Shown here in pieces: positions 22,097 through 34,884 of a stretch of DNA of 60,290 bases (position 1 is the first letter of the stretch; every line of letters begins with the position of its first letter). The translations under genes and the position numbers were made by a program. The stretch lies in NCBI GenBank assembly GCA_003971905.1, contig RSEE01000084.1:248001-308290 (forward strand). Reading direction: 5' to 3'. The notes under the pieces are model-generated. The model saw nothing but the letters and a program-made list of their open reading frames with translations. It was not told the origin of the DNA and searched no databases. The stretch is from Moniliella sp. 'wahieum' (taxonomy: Eukaryota).

Positions 22097-23308
22097 GGCT
22101 TGCCTTCGCTCGTCAAAACCCTGCATGGATACCAGAAGAAACTCCATGCCAAGCCCGACTTTGACCCGCACAACCCTGGCGTCCACACACCTTGGGCCAC
22201 CATGACAGGCAATGGTTCCCAAGACTTGATTTGCAAGGCGATGACTGTCCTCACGATCCGGGCGATACGCTGCTCGTGGAAGGCCCTACGTTCCCGTATG
22301 TGCTTTCCCTGTATCAGTGTACCCGCAGCTAATGTGTCTATCTTCAGTGAGGCTACAGGCGCCGCTGCACTGTTGGGTAACCAGTTGTATAGCGTCCCTA
22401 CTGATGCCCGAGGTCTGGAGCCCCGCGCGCTGCGCACCACGTTGGAGCAGTGGAACAGTCACCCCAAGTCGAAAGAGATGCGCTACCCCAAGGTGCTCTA
22501 CACCATTCCTACTGGCGGCAATCCCAGTGGTGCCACGGCGGACGAGGAGCGTAGGCGGGAGATCTTGTCCATTACCCGCGAGTTTGGACTGCTCCTTTTG
22601 GAGGACGATCCGTACTATTTCCTCTCCTTTGACGGCTTGGGGCAAGACCCGTCCAGCCGCCCGCGCCCGAAGAGTTACCTTGCCCTTGAACAAGAACAGG
22701 TCACGACCTGGGGGGATGGGCGCGTGCTGCGCTTTGACTCCTTTAGTAAGATCATGGCTGCAGGCATGCGCATCGGCGTCGCTACCGGCCCTGCACCTTT
22801 GATCAAGGCGATGGAGCTCGTTACAGGCACCTACCAACTCCAGCCGTCGTACACGGCGCAGGCCGTTGTCCAAACCGTCCTCCGGCACTGGGGATTCGAC
22901 ACCTTCCTTGTTCATTGCGACAAGGTTGCCCACTTTTATCTCGAGCGGCGCAACTTTGTCGAGGCGGCGTTGGAGAAGGTGCTGGGCAGTGGTGGCGATG
23001 GAAAGCAAGTGTCTGTGGCCACTTGGGTTGTACCCTCGGCTGGTATGTTCTACTTCCTTAAACTGCGTCTGCCCCCTACCCCTGCCAGCAAGGTTGGCGA
23101 CTCCAAAACTTTGATTGAAAAAGTGGCTCGCGATAAGGGTGTCTTGGCCGTCCCAGGCTACGCATTCACCCCGGGCGTGGAGGAGCCGAGCGCACATGTG
23201 CGCATCTCCTTTTCCATTGTGCCCCTCGACCTGGTGGAGAAGGGCTTGCAACGGCTGCGCGAGTCGGTGCTCGAGACCTGGGCCGCAGCCGGCCTGGAGC
23301 TGGCATGA
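22097..23308 (+). pseudogene. 3' part of the Aro8/AADAT-like PLP aminotransferase; intron 22296-22347
   Basis: TGNGSQDLI, DPGDTLLVEGPTFP, PKVLYTIPTGGNPSG, LLEDDPYYFL, RFDSFSKIMAAGMRIG (PLP lysine), PSAGMF, VRISFS. Confidence 0.92.
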
Positions 23309-24438
23309 ATCCACACACTCTACGAGCTACACATGCGAACCTGTTCACCTGGAGCGGACCAGGCCGTATCGGCCGCTTCGCTAGCGCGGTTAATATATAA
23401 CCGTGACACCATCCAGTGTCTGTTCCGCTATGCACCTGCGCCTGAGCGAAGGCGGCACTGACATGGGCACGTGCATACTATAATTCCTTTTCATTCTACA
23501 ATTTGTCGTCTGTACGATCGGACGCAGCTGGATGGGCACCGAAGAGCAAAGCACGTATTCTTCTGGACTAATACAGCGGGCGCTGTCAACTTGCACTGGC
23601 ATTGGTACGGATAGTGGGTTTGGTTGGGGTTCAAAAGCAGGCAGCCCTCCTCCAGTCCGGTCAGGACAGTCCTATATCCTTTTCCGTGATGCTTCGCTGA
23701 CATCTGCATCACTGGTTAATCTATAGTCTTAAGTTTGGGTGAATGGCAGAGTTGGCGAAGTCGTCGGAGGCGTCTCTGCATGGTCAAATCCCCTTCTTAC
23801 GTAGTACTGACCTACCTCGAGAGTGTTGCCATCGCACGACTAGTGGGCGACGACACCATCAAAGCACTTATGCCTTCTCTCTTCGGCGATCAGGCAGCTG
23901 TGGGCTGTCAATGTTCAACGTTCAACGTTCAATATTCAATGCCGTCGGTGGTGCTGAACCGGCGGATGCTTGTGACCGGCGCCGCACATACGCCGGCCGG
24001 AACGGAGCAACCGCAACGGCGGCTATCGCAGGCGGTGGCAGTCGCGGCCGGTGGATACACTCGACGGTTTCCACTGGCTTCTTGCAATTTCAATCGAACG
24101 CCGGTCTCCAAGCAACAAGCAGCACGGAGGAAGTGATCGGTGACCGGTGACTAGGCGACCGTCTGCCATCTGTCACATCACAGCTGCTCTCCTGGCCCGA
24201 ATACGCTACGTCCGAGCCACCATCTGCCATGGATCCGCTCCGGTTACGAGGAGCGCTAGGCTCGACAGTTCTTGCCTTGGTTCGGTAGTCGCCGACACGC
24301 AACGCAGACTGCGTATAAATACCCCCGCGTATTCATTCGCCACCCCACTCATCTCTCATCTCCATCATCCAATCCTCTTCCACTACAACCCATCCCTACC
24401 CAGCAGACTCGGTGACCACCTTGCACTACACATCCGCC

Positions 24439-25475
24439 ATGTCGACTTCTATGGAAACCTCTGCTCCCGCCCCCGTTACGGCTGCCACTGTGCCCGCCAC
24501 GACTAAGCCGGCCACCCTACCCCTGGCTCAGAATGCCAAAGTTGTGGCTCGTAGGTGGAATGAGCGTGGTCACGCTGACCACGACTGGCTCAAGACATTC
24601 CACACCTTCAGCTTTGCATTCTACTTTGACCCTAGGTACGCCCTCGCTTTCAGCCTCCTATTTCTCTTGCAATGCCCATTTTCATTCCACTGACCCTCTT
24701 TCTTCTTCAGCTTTATGGGATTTTCCAACCTGCGCGTGATCAACGAGGATCGCGTTGCGCCCACCCAGGGCTTTGGCACCCACCCGCACCGTGAAGCGGA
24801 GATTTTTCCTACGTCGTCTCGGGTGAGCTGACCCACAAGGATTCGATGGGAAATGTCGAGGTGCTCACGCCAGGAAGCTTGCAGTTCACCTCGGCTGGGA
24901 CCGGCATCCGACACAGTGAATACAACCGCCATCCTTCGAAGGAGTGCCACTTCCTCCAAATCTGGTACACCCCAGACGAGTCGCGCCTTGCGCCCAAGTA
25001 CTACACCAAGTACACGTGCTGAGGAGAAGCGTGACCGGCTCGTGACCCTGATCCGTCCCTACTCAACGTTTACTGCCGAAGAACAGGGTGTGACTGGCTT
25101 GCTGCCTCAAGGCCGAGCTATCCCAGCCCACTCTTCGCTTGTCACACGTGCTGCCATCATCACACCGGGGCTAAGGTGGAACATGCCATTGGGCTCGACA
25201 CGGACCAAGCAGCAAAGGCAGGGGCCGAGCGTTGGCTCTATGTGCATGTGGCTCAGACGTCTGGATACCAGGACCCGGATCTACCTGCGTCGCAGGTGCA
25301 AGTACCAAAGCAAGCAGGTCTGGTGATCAAGACAGCCACCGGTACTACGACCCTGCGGGAAGGTGATGGCGCGTTCATCAAGGGTACTCGGATTGGCGAG
25401 TCGATTGAGTTGGAGAGCACGGGTGAAAACGATGCGGAGGTGATCCTCTTTGACCTGGCTGCACGTGACGAGTAA
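24439..25475 (+). CDS. Pirin-like cupin protein (Prn1/YhhW-like); intron ~24636-24710
   Basis: [85 protein letters not shown]. Confidence 0.92.
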
Positions 25476-26704
25476 GTGAGAGTCTCCCCGTCCCCGCCTC
25501 CCGCTCCCACGCGCCACGCGTTGGGCGCCGAATCCCTCTCCCGCATAGCGTAGCACAGAGACTGACGTTGTCTTTTTTTACCCGGTGTAGCTCACGCCTG
25601 TGATCGTTTTCCAGCTGCAAGCTTTTGCACGCGCCAGCCCTGGCCAGCGGACTAAGAGTCGTGTTTTTTTATTCTGTCCCCCTTTGCCTTTTTTGCCGCA
25701 GTTGTAACACTTTCTGTGCACTGTACAACACATTCCACACTACACTACACACTGTTGTGTCTGACATCTCTTTCTGCTCCACATCCACCGACGTTATAGA
25801 CATAGTTTCGTTCCATACCCATTAAACGTTTTAAACGATGAAGGTACGATGACCGTTGAGCGTTGAACGTTGAACCCAACGTTTATAGGTTGAGCGCCTC
25901 GATACTAGAACTACTGCCCAGCTGGCGCTCTTGTCCAGAAATGGGCGGGACTGATCCCCGCTGGCGCACATCGGCATGAGAAAGGATATTGCCGCTGATC
26001 TGAGGACCCCATGGGCAGGGCCTACTGACGCACAAACCACCCTAATAACCGACCTTGCTACTTGCTTCGCTGAGAGGAAGTATAAGAATGTGCGGATTCT
26101 GGTCTGTGGTAAAACCTTCTCTTCCCCGCGTTCACGACCCGCTCTTCCGTGGCAGTTTTGCCATCGGGGGCAGGGGCAGTTCCCCCTGGCCTGGTTCGGG
26201 GTGATTTTGACGTCCCCCTAGCAAGTGGCGCTGTCTGCAACCCACAAGGTATACTTTTCGACTCCTTTTGACACTGCCACTGGACTATTACGTGGTGGTT
26301 ACACTCACATCCACATCGACACCACTACCTCAGCCTGGTGTTCTTGCTAGGCATCATCCTTCTCCGCCCGGACGCGTCCTCAGGCCTCACAGCTCCCCGA
26401 TACCCTCGGCTATATAAGGCCCTGCCCTTCTCATAGCCTCCTGTATACCTCTCAGAACCACATCCTCCATTCTCCTCCTTCACAGCTAAATCTCTCTTGT
26501 AGCCTGCAGTCTCTCCCACTTGAGCCGAGGCCGAGTTTTGAAGCAGTCACCTAGTCACCCTCTCCATGGTGCGAAGAGTGGCGCAGTGCTCCATCGCCCT
26601 ACGGGTGACCAGTGCTAGTGACTAGTGACTGGCAGCCGGTGGCGTTTATATCATCGCCGGCTTACCTCCAGCATTCGGGCGTAAGCGCTTTTGCGCTCTA
26701 GCCT

Positions 26705-29700
26705 ATGCACGCTGCCTTGCCGAGTGGCCGAGGGTCCACAGCCACCTCCCCGCTCGCCCCCATCTCCATGCACCACGACCAGGCCGTCGAGGGCATCTTG
26801 GCGCTTGGGCGCCCCCTCTTCCAGCGCCGCCGCCGCAAGAAGCCTCTGAGCAGAGCGAACACAGCCAGAGCAAATCCCAATCTCCGTCCCAGTCCCAGTC
26901 CCAGTCCCAGCCGCCGCGCAAGCGCAACCGTCTGGCCTTGAACTGCACCCACTGTCGGTATGTATTGCCCTGTTTCCATCCGGACCACGCCGCTCCAGCT
27001 GATTCTCTTCATAGCCTCCGCAAGATCCGGTGCAGCCGCGAGTCTCCCTGCCAACAGTGCATCAAGCGCGGGAGGAGGACACATGCCGCATCGAGCCTTT
27101 CAAGTACCGTGCCGCAGAAGCGCGCGACGCACTCGCCCACGCTGCCGCCGAGGCTGTAGTCGACACCGAGAGAGAGGCGCCACGTGCGCCAGCTGGAGGA
27201 TCGTGTGCGTCAACTCGAGCAGAGAGGGAGGTAGAGAAGACGCGCTCTCTCGCCAGCTTTCCCCCAACATCCAACTCCCTTCCTCTGCTGCGAGTGTATC
27301 TCCCGATTCTATGCATCCAAGGGAGCGCCGATCCAGCAATGACGACGAATTGAAGGGGATCAAAGATCGCGTGCAACAGCTGGAGGCCTTACTTCGCATG
27401 TCCCAATCACAGGGAAATGTGCCTTCTGCTTCCAACAATCCAGCTCTTTCGCATTCACATCACCCAACGAATCAAACGTCCCAGCCGTCTGTCCGCGGAT
27501 GTGAGGATCCCGTCGCGATGCTAGAAACGCTTGTGCATTCCAGCCAAGTCGCCGCCTCGCGCGAAGCGGTCAGCTGTAGTGAACGTATCGCCGATCGAAT
27601 GACCATGTCCAAGTTGGTTCATCAGCACAACTCAAGTCAGCCTCGCAAGGACCGCGCTTCGTCTCCTGCCCGACACAAGCGCAACTATACCGAATTCTCT
27701 TCTGTGAACCAGGGACAGGAGACCACCTGCAGTCTTGGAGCGAAACACGATGGCTTGCTCAAGGTCTACAACGGATGCGAAACACGGCTCGGGTTCGGGA
27801 TTGGGTGGGTGGGCATATGCGGCTGCGGCGGAGGAGGGCCAGTTTCGTGCGATGCGTCAGACTACCTCCGGTGGAGAAGGGTTGGAAAATGGAGATGCTG
27901 AGCGGAGGCCGTGCTGCGTTCCATTATAAGGACGCTCCTTCCAGGGAACTGATTGACGTTGTGCCGGCAACTACTTCACTCGGGCCAATTTTCTCACCAC
28001 CCACGCCGTTCACCCTGGCCAGTTTAAACGCCAGCTCGATACGCTCATGGCCGGCACTGATGAGGCATCCCGTGCCCACGTCCTTAACACTCTCGATCCT
28101 GGTTGGTTGGCTCTCTTGCTCATGGTGCTAGTTCTAGGTGTCAAGTTCTCCCCTTGTCCGGACGGTACAAATGGCATCGGAGAGGTGGATGGGCTGCTCA
28201 ATGCGTCATGCACAGTCAACTGTTGGTACTCAAGTGCCAAAGCGGTTGTGTCTCTTTGCCGCTTTGGTGTCGCTCGGCCGACACTGCCGTTTATCCAGGC
28301 TCTGATTCTAATGGACACCCATGGTGCCGAAGATGAGTCGACACAATTTGGCTTCAACTTACTGCGGCTCATTGTGCACGCACCCTCGGGATCGATCGAT
28401 TGGGCGAAGTACCAGCCCCGGCGTCAGAGGGGGAGACGGAGCAGGAGGCAATCTTGCGATATGAGATGCAGAAGCGTGTCTGGTGGTCGTTGGTTGTGCG
28501 CGAGTGGTTCCGCGCTGGTGAAACAAAAGGCATCTGCACCATCATGCCCAACCAGTTCACCACCCCCTCCCCAAGAACTATAATGATACTGATTTGCTTC
28601 AAGATCCTGTTCTCCCTCCTCGGCCCATGGACGAACCTACCGACGCGTCTTACTGCTATGGTAAGGCCGCCCTCGGCGAGACGATCCGCCAGGAAATGGA
28701 CCTGATGTCCTCCGAACGCAGGCGCTGGGATGGAAGTCACAGGTCAACATGAGGTGGCGGATGTCGAAAAAATTGACGCCAACTACCGTGGACTGCTAGA
28801 CTCCCGCCTCCCAGAGTTCTACCGTCTTCGGGGCCTACGCCCAAACCCTCGGTCATCCTCGAACGCGCTCTCCTGCATAGCATCATTTTCTCCCAACTGC
28901 TCCGCCTTCCCGCTTCTCCCTTCCTCATGGCCTGAGGCCAGGGACGGAGCTCTGGGGGGTAGAGATACCTGCGTCATGCTTGCGCGCAGCATGCTCACTT
29001 CCCTCAGCACGTTGCAGCAGAACGTGCCGGTGATTGGCCATTTGGCTTGTCTCCGCGGTCATGTGTTCCAGGCCAGTGCAGTGCTTATGCTCGATCTTTG
29101 TCGACAAAAGAAGAACGCCAGCGAACGTAGTAGCATCCGGCAACAAGTCATGCATGCTGTCGTGGCGTTGCATGACACGCTCTACCTCAACCCCCTCGTC
29201 AAGCGCTCCTTGCGCATTCTTCTGGCTCTTCTCGCAGAAGAGCAGGCACAGTGGGAATCTCGCTTATCAGGTATGGCTTCCGCCCCGTCCGCCGGCACTG
29301 TTGTTGGCCCGACTGCAGGAGCAGAGACGATGCTTTCGCTCGCGTCGCGGATCAAGACGGTGATGGACACGGCACAGTCGGACGACCTGACTCCTGATGA
29401 AGTGGCTGTCGTTCAGTCAGCTGTCGTGTCCTATGGAAAGAGTGAAAAACAGAGAGGCGGACCACGGACACCACAGGTGTTGCGTGCACAGCCTCTTCCG
29501 TCCACGTCGGATCCCTCTCAGGTCTTGCGCGACTTTGCCCTGCCCACCCACCCCCTGATCCAATTGCCTTACAATCAACTCGCACAGGCCAATATCTCCA
29601 CTAGCCAACAGTTATTCCTCCCTACCGCCGCTACCCACACGTTTTATTTTGACAATGTTCTTCCTACCCCAACTTTGGGGGGGCAGGAGAATCGGCATTT

Positions 29701-29719
29701 GATCTGTCTGCCTTCTTGA
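26705..29719 (+). CDS. Zn(II)2Cys6 fungal transcription factor (boundaries uncertain, frameshifted)
   Basis: After splicing intron 26958-27014: RKRNRLALNCTHCRLRKIRCSRESPCQQCIKRG..TC; coiled coil IKDRVQQLEALL; middle-homology segment EMQKRVWWSLVVREW. Confidence 0.88.
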
Positions 29720-30242
29720 CCCAACATCAGCCAGCTTCGGATCCATCTCTTCGATCTGACTCGGCTGCTACTATATCGCCTCTTCCCGCGCTTACCACCT
29801 CAGCTTCCACTCTTCCGCGTCCCTGCTGATCTTCACCCCCAGAGTGATTCGCCTCCTTCCCCACAAATCTCACGAGCGTTTCGTCGACGTCGCCCAGCAT
29901 CGAAACGTCGCAGGTGGAGGATGCCGCCGCTCCCCTCGCTGTGCCTGCCCTGGACTACCCCTCTACCACGTCTTCGGCAAACCAGGAGCCCTACTATCGA
30001 CTCGTTTTGGAAATGGATCCTTGAGCAAGGCGGCATCTTCTCTTCCGACTCTACGGCCGCTCCTGTCTGAATATGAATGTTGCTCATGTTACCGCCTAAT
30101 GCGTCGCCCCCCCTTCATTTACCAAAGAATCGGCTGATAGTTGACGTATTTGCTCACCTTATGTGCATGAGTAGCAGTCTGTAGGATGGAGCGCGCATAG
30201 CGTTCATAACACTTCGGTAGAAAAAATTTGTGGCGGAAGCCA

Positions 30243-31135
30243 TCATATCCGTTTCGCCACCTGGATCGCTGCTTTGCACCCGTACCCTACGATTGCAGAG
30301 AGGAGCGCATGATGCGGTGCCTGCTGTGCATCATTCTCCACCGCCGTATCGAGGTGGCCTAGCTCGTCATCCGGAATTCAGTGATGACATCCGACAAGAG
30401 CAGAAGCAGGATGTTCCTCTTTTCTTGGGACTCCGGTGTCCTCCCCAACTGCGGTGGAAGCGTCGGAGGCAGGTGGACGAGCCTCGACGACGCGCTCGGC
30501 AATCGGGTCGGTTTTGACCCCGGTGATATGCCGCAGATGAACAAGTTGGCTGGGCGAAGCGGCGCCAGGTCAATTACGGGACACAACACGCTGGAGCTAA
30601 CGCAGGACAGGCACATACTCATCGTAATGTTCCCCAATCACAGTCTCCACTGCCTCGGTACAGGCCATCGCCGCTTTCTTCCCCAGCACCGCCGTAACGG
30701 CGCCGAGGACACTGCCTGCCACACCCCAAATGGGCAAAAGAACAGAAGGGGAGGCGCCATGTTGGTCGAGCAGCTTTTGAGCCACATACAAATGCTTCTT
30801 CTCCCTCCCACATGTCGAGCATCAACGCTTTGGTCCGATTGTCCCCCAACAGAGCAAACACATTCGCTTGCGCTTCGTAGATCGTGTTGGCTGCCAACTC
30901 GCCGGCATGGTCCACACGCAGCATCCCCTCGAGCCTTGCACGGTCAGCGGGCGAGAGGCTGGTGGGTGTCCCCTGGGTCCCGGCCGCTTGCTGCTGCGGA
31001 GAGACGTAGAAGGGAAGCAAGTGGGGGGGCATGGGCGCTGGTGCTGGTGCTGGTGCTATGGCATCGCACCGCCTGCATGCGCAGGATGCGCATCGGCGTG
31101 CGCAGCCTCCCAAACGCCAGCATGGTGGGCGTCAT
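30243..31135 (-). CDS. COQ7: 5-demethoxyubiquinone hydroxylase
   Basis: [68 protein letters not shown] di-iron motifs. Confidence 0.93.
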
Positions 31136-31456
31136 GTCCAATGGCGGCCTGGGTCGATGTGGTTGGAAGCACGCCTGGCTCCCAGCAACTGGCTCAGCTG
31201 CACCAATCTGACCTGATCGATCGACTCGGTGAGGAACAGGCGGCGGCGGTCACCGGCCATGTCCAGGCATCATGCATCATGGGAGCCGGGTGGGATCGAT
31301 GGGACGGAACTGAAGGTCACGTGAGCGTGCCACGTAACATGCTCACATCGGCGGTGAGCGGCTCAGCTGAGTCGAGGCTTACTCTTCGATTCGGCAAGCT
31401 GGAAGCCCGCCCGTCTGTCTCCCTTTTGCTTCCACCCTGTCGCACGAGCCAAGAGG

Positions 31457-33851
31457 ATGACCAGTACCACCCAGCTTTCGGGCCCGCCCTTGGCTTCGGG
31501 CGCCGCAATCGACTTGTCGTCTGCTGCGGTGGGGGGCAGAATCCAAATCGACGGCCGCAGTTTCCTCGATGCCGCTGGCCGAGTCTTGCTCCTCCATGGC
31601 ATGAATGTGAGTGGAGCAAGCAAGTTGTATGTCTTCCTGCTCCGTTCCCCTACATGGTCGCCACTGACCATAAACCGTGCAAAGGCCGACGAACCCCAAC
31701 GGCCTCACACATCTTACAGATGCATGGGAGACTGACGACCGGAAGGTTACCTTTTATGGCCGTCCATTTCCTCTAGAAGAGGCTCCACGGCGCCTGGGCC
31801 AGCTCAAGGCATGGGGTTACCCGCTCGTCGTCTCATGGTAACATGGGAGAGCATTTCTCATGCTGGCCCGCGGATTGAGGACCTGGACATGGAGTACATT
31901 GCCTATCTGAAGGAGCTCATAACCCTCATTGGCTCCATGGGCATGAAGGCTTTCATCTGTGTCATCAAGATGTGTGGAGCCGATTCACAGGAGGCAGCGG
32001 TGCGCCAGGGTGGACCTCGAGGCGGCAGGAATGGATCGAGCGCTTTCAAGGCCACCGGTGCAGCCTACATCCACTGCCTTGACGATGCTGACCCCCAAGG
32101 AGCCAAGCGGTCCGTTCCTCTGGCCCTGGGGTACCAGAAACTGGGGGCGGCGACGATGGCCACCCTGTTTTGGGGGGCGAAGTGTTTGCACCCAACTTGC
32201 ATTCTCGCCTTCTTCCCAAGGAGATGGAAGGATCCCAGTTTAGGACCAAGGACTCGCAGCAGATCCAGCGCTTTCTGCAGACGGCGTTTATCGATGCGTA
32301 TGGGTACCTGGCCGACCAGCTTGCTGGACTGGATGGTTTCTTGGGGTTCGATCTGTTCAATGAACCCCATCGCGGTCTGATTGGTCTGGGGAGCTTCCAC
32401 AAGTGGAACTACGATACGGACCTACACATTGGTCATTTCCCCAATTTGCTCCAGAGCTTGGCTTGGCTGATGGCAAGGCGCAAAAAGTCCCGTTCTATGT
32501 CAAGACCTGGCCTTTCCCCACGCGCAAGACGCACGACAGTCTCCTCGACCCAGATGGCAAGTCCATTTGGAAGGACGGAGTTTGTCCGTGGAAGTCGCAT
32601 GGTGTGTGGAAGTGGGACGAGGAGAGCCAGCAGGCGCAAGTTGCATCGGAACATTACTTTTCCCAGGACCACGCGGCAAGGAGCCCAAGCCTGTGGAGTG
32701 GTACAAGGACTTTTATCTACCCTTTATCCAGCGTTTCTCGGCCCGACTCCAAAAACAGAATAAGGATCTGTTCATCATGCTCGAGCCCATCCCAAACGAG
32801 TTTTTCCCGCCCTGGCCCCCGAAGTATGTGGCCGAATCCAAGCTGGTCAAGCCCAAGAGGAGAGCAGCGCCACCGCCTGATCCTACCAAGCAAACGTATG
32901 CTGTTCCCCGTCTTGGAGGGAGAACATCCTCCCAATTTGGTCTATGCCCCACATTTCTACGATCTTAATGTCCTGTTTGGCAAGGTTTGGTCTTTCATGT
33001 CGTCAACGTGCAAGGCCTCGCGAGAGGCATGTTTATCCTCAATGCGCTCTACTTTGGCGAAGGAGGGCTGCGGAGAAACTACATTAAGCAATTGACAGCG
33101 CAGGTTTCGTTCGGGCGCCAGTCGGGGAATGTGCCAGTCCTGATTGGGGAGATTGGCCTGCCGTACGACATTAACGGCGCTCACGCGTATCGCGCTGGAG
33201 ATTACCGCAAACATGTCGAGCTTGCGGATGCGATGCTTAATGCGCTCGAAAGAACTGGGCCTCGTTCACCTGGTGGAACTTTAACCCGGATGCTGTTTCT
33301 GCCCATGGCGATGGATGGAACAAGGAGGACTTTAGCGTGATCACTGCTGATGAGCCTCTCGCGACCGGCCAACACCAAAGGTGCGACCAATGACCGGTAC
33401 CGTGGTGGAAGAATCTTGAAGCCCTCATCCGTCCCTATGCCGCTAAAGTTGCAGGCGTTCCGCTTTCGACCAACTGGGATCGGCATCATGGCGAGTTCCA
33501 TCTGAGTTGGATGAACCGTCGTTCCAGCTCGCTTGTCACAGAGATCTTCTTTCCCAAGTATCTGTTTGAAGGGAAGAATGTGCTGATCGAGCTGAGCGAC
33601 GGCAGTTGGCGCCTTGACACTGAGAAGGAGACTTGTATGACCCACGCCCAGAAGGCGCTGGGATACGAACACGATCTTCACATTACCCTTTTGGAACGGT
33701 CGATGCCCTGCGCCGGTGTTGGTTGCGCCACATTTGGCCTATCGTGGCCAACCCTCGCACGTGGCTCGTCCTCTTTTCCCTCGCATTTATCAACGCTGTT
33801 TTCTTCTTCCTCTTGAACAAGAGGAGCAAAAGTGGTTCATGGACGCGTTGA
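31457..33851 (+). CDS. GH5 endoglycoceramidase-related protein (steryl/glucosylceramide beta-glucosidase, Egh1/EGCrP-like)
   Basis: GRVLLLHGMNVSGASKL, GRPFPLEEA, VTWE..SHAGP, DVWSRFTGGSGAP, GFDLFNEP (acid/base), YAPHFYD, PVLIGEIGLPYD (nucleophile), GDGWNKEDFS; C-terminal TM segment. Confidence 0.9.
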
Positions 33852-34884
33852 CATTCCAGTTCAGGGAGCATGAAGACCTCTAAGTATGCTCACAAAGCGT
33901 CAGAATTGTTATGCTTGCACCTCTATCTTCACTTTGGGCTCCCGGTCGCTATTGAGTGTGAAGCGCGTCGGAGGATCTACTGCGCTGGCCGGAAGCTGGT
34001 AGCTTTACTGTCTCAGTCTCTCTTTAGTGTTCTATTCTCCCCCATGAACGTCTGCATTGCTCTCAGGAATTCGCCCGGATAGCGAAAGAATAATGCCGGT
34101 GCTCATTTTTCGCGGGTAAGAGGCGGGACCACCAAGTGCCAGATGGGGGCGCCGCGACCCGACTCTCCGTAGTACGAGGGGGAGTGAAGGCAGCGTGCCG
34201 TTGGGTCCAAGTGGGTACCTGTGAGCGCATCTGTTCGGTGTGTGGACCTGGTGCTGTTCCTGCAATGATGCTCAGCGGCGGCCTGCTTCCTGCTCAGTAC
34301 TAACATAACCTAGGGATCAACCTGAGTCCTTGAGCCGCTGCAGTCCCCAAATCTGGTTGGCCTGGTTAGTGGTCGCTGTTCCTTCAAGCGAGCCCAAGAC
34401 GGCACGCAGCAATGAGATCACAAAGCTGGGGGGAATGGTGCGGCTTGGCTGGGATGCAGGTAAGAGCATGTGATCGTGATCGCACCATCGGAGCAAGCAG
34501 CGGGGGGTGGGGTGGGATGGGATGTTCGATGTGGGCGCCCCAGGCAGACAGACGGCCATGCGTCCTGCTGCCGCGAGAGACTGGTGGGAGCAGTCCTTGC
34601 CCTGGGCGAGGCGAGATGAGCTGGATGGGCATTGCTATGCGTCTGCTGCTGCGAGCTGCGCATGACAGCGGCGCGCGAGTGAGCGATTTATGTGGAGCTG
34701 AGCGGCGCCGGCCAGCTGAAAACCAGCGCCTTGCTGGTTAATGATGCAAAGCGCAATATGAACGGGCGAATGCCCCGTGACGCGTGACGTGCGTAAAGAG
34801 CATGGCGAGTGGCTGCGCCACCACCCGCTCTCAGATCTCACGCCCCTCCAGCATCTCTCCGCCGCCCTGTCCTGCACCACCAGC

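Noticed and set aside
21883..22440. Upstream extension of the 600-aa minus-strand ORF through the LTR and into the aminotransferase
   Set aside because: It crosses the LTR and antisense host sequence; the plausible gag start is ATG 21882 inside the element.
22088..23308. 406-aa ORF as a complete stand-alone aminotransferase
   Set aside because: Its start is LTR-derived, it lacks the N-terminal motifs found at 16745-17042, and it reads through an intron only because of a compensating 1-nt indel near 22255.
22286..23314. 342-aa minus-strand ORF and many similar long antisense ORFs
   Set aside because: Shadow ORFs of GC-rich coding sequence with no recognisable motifs.
26887..26910. (CCCAGT)n and similar hexamer repeats (31037-31055, 38580-38650), poly-G at 51923-51938
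   Set aside because: Ordinary microsatellites or homopolymers.
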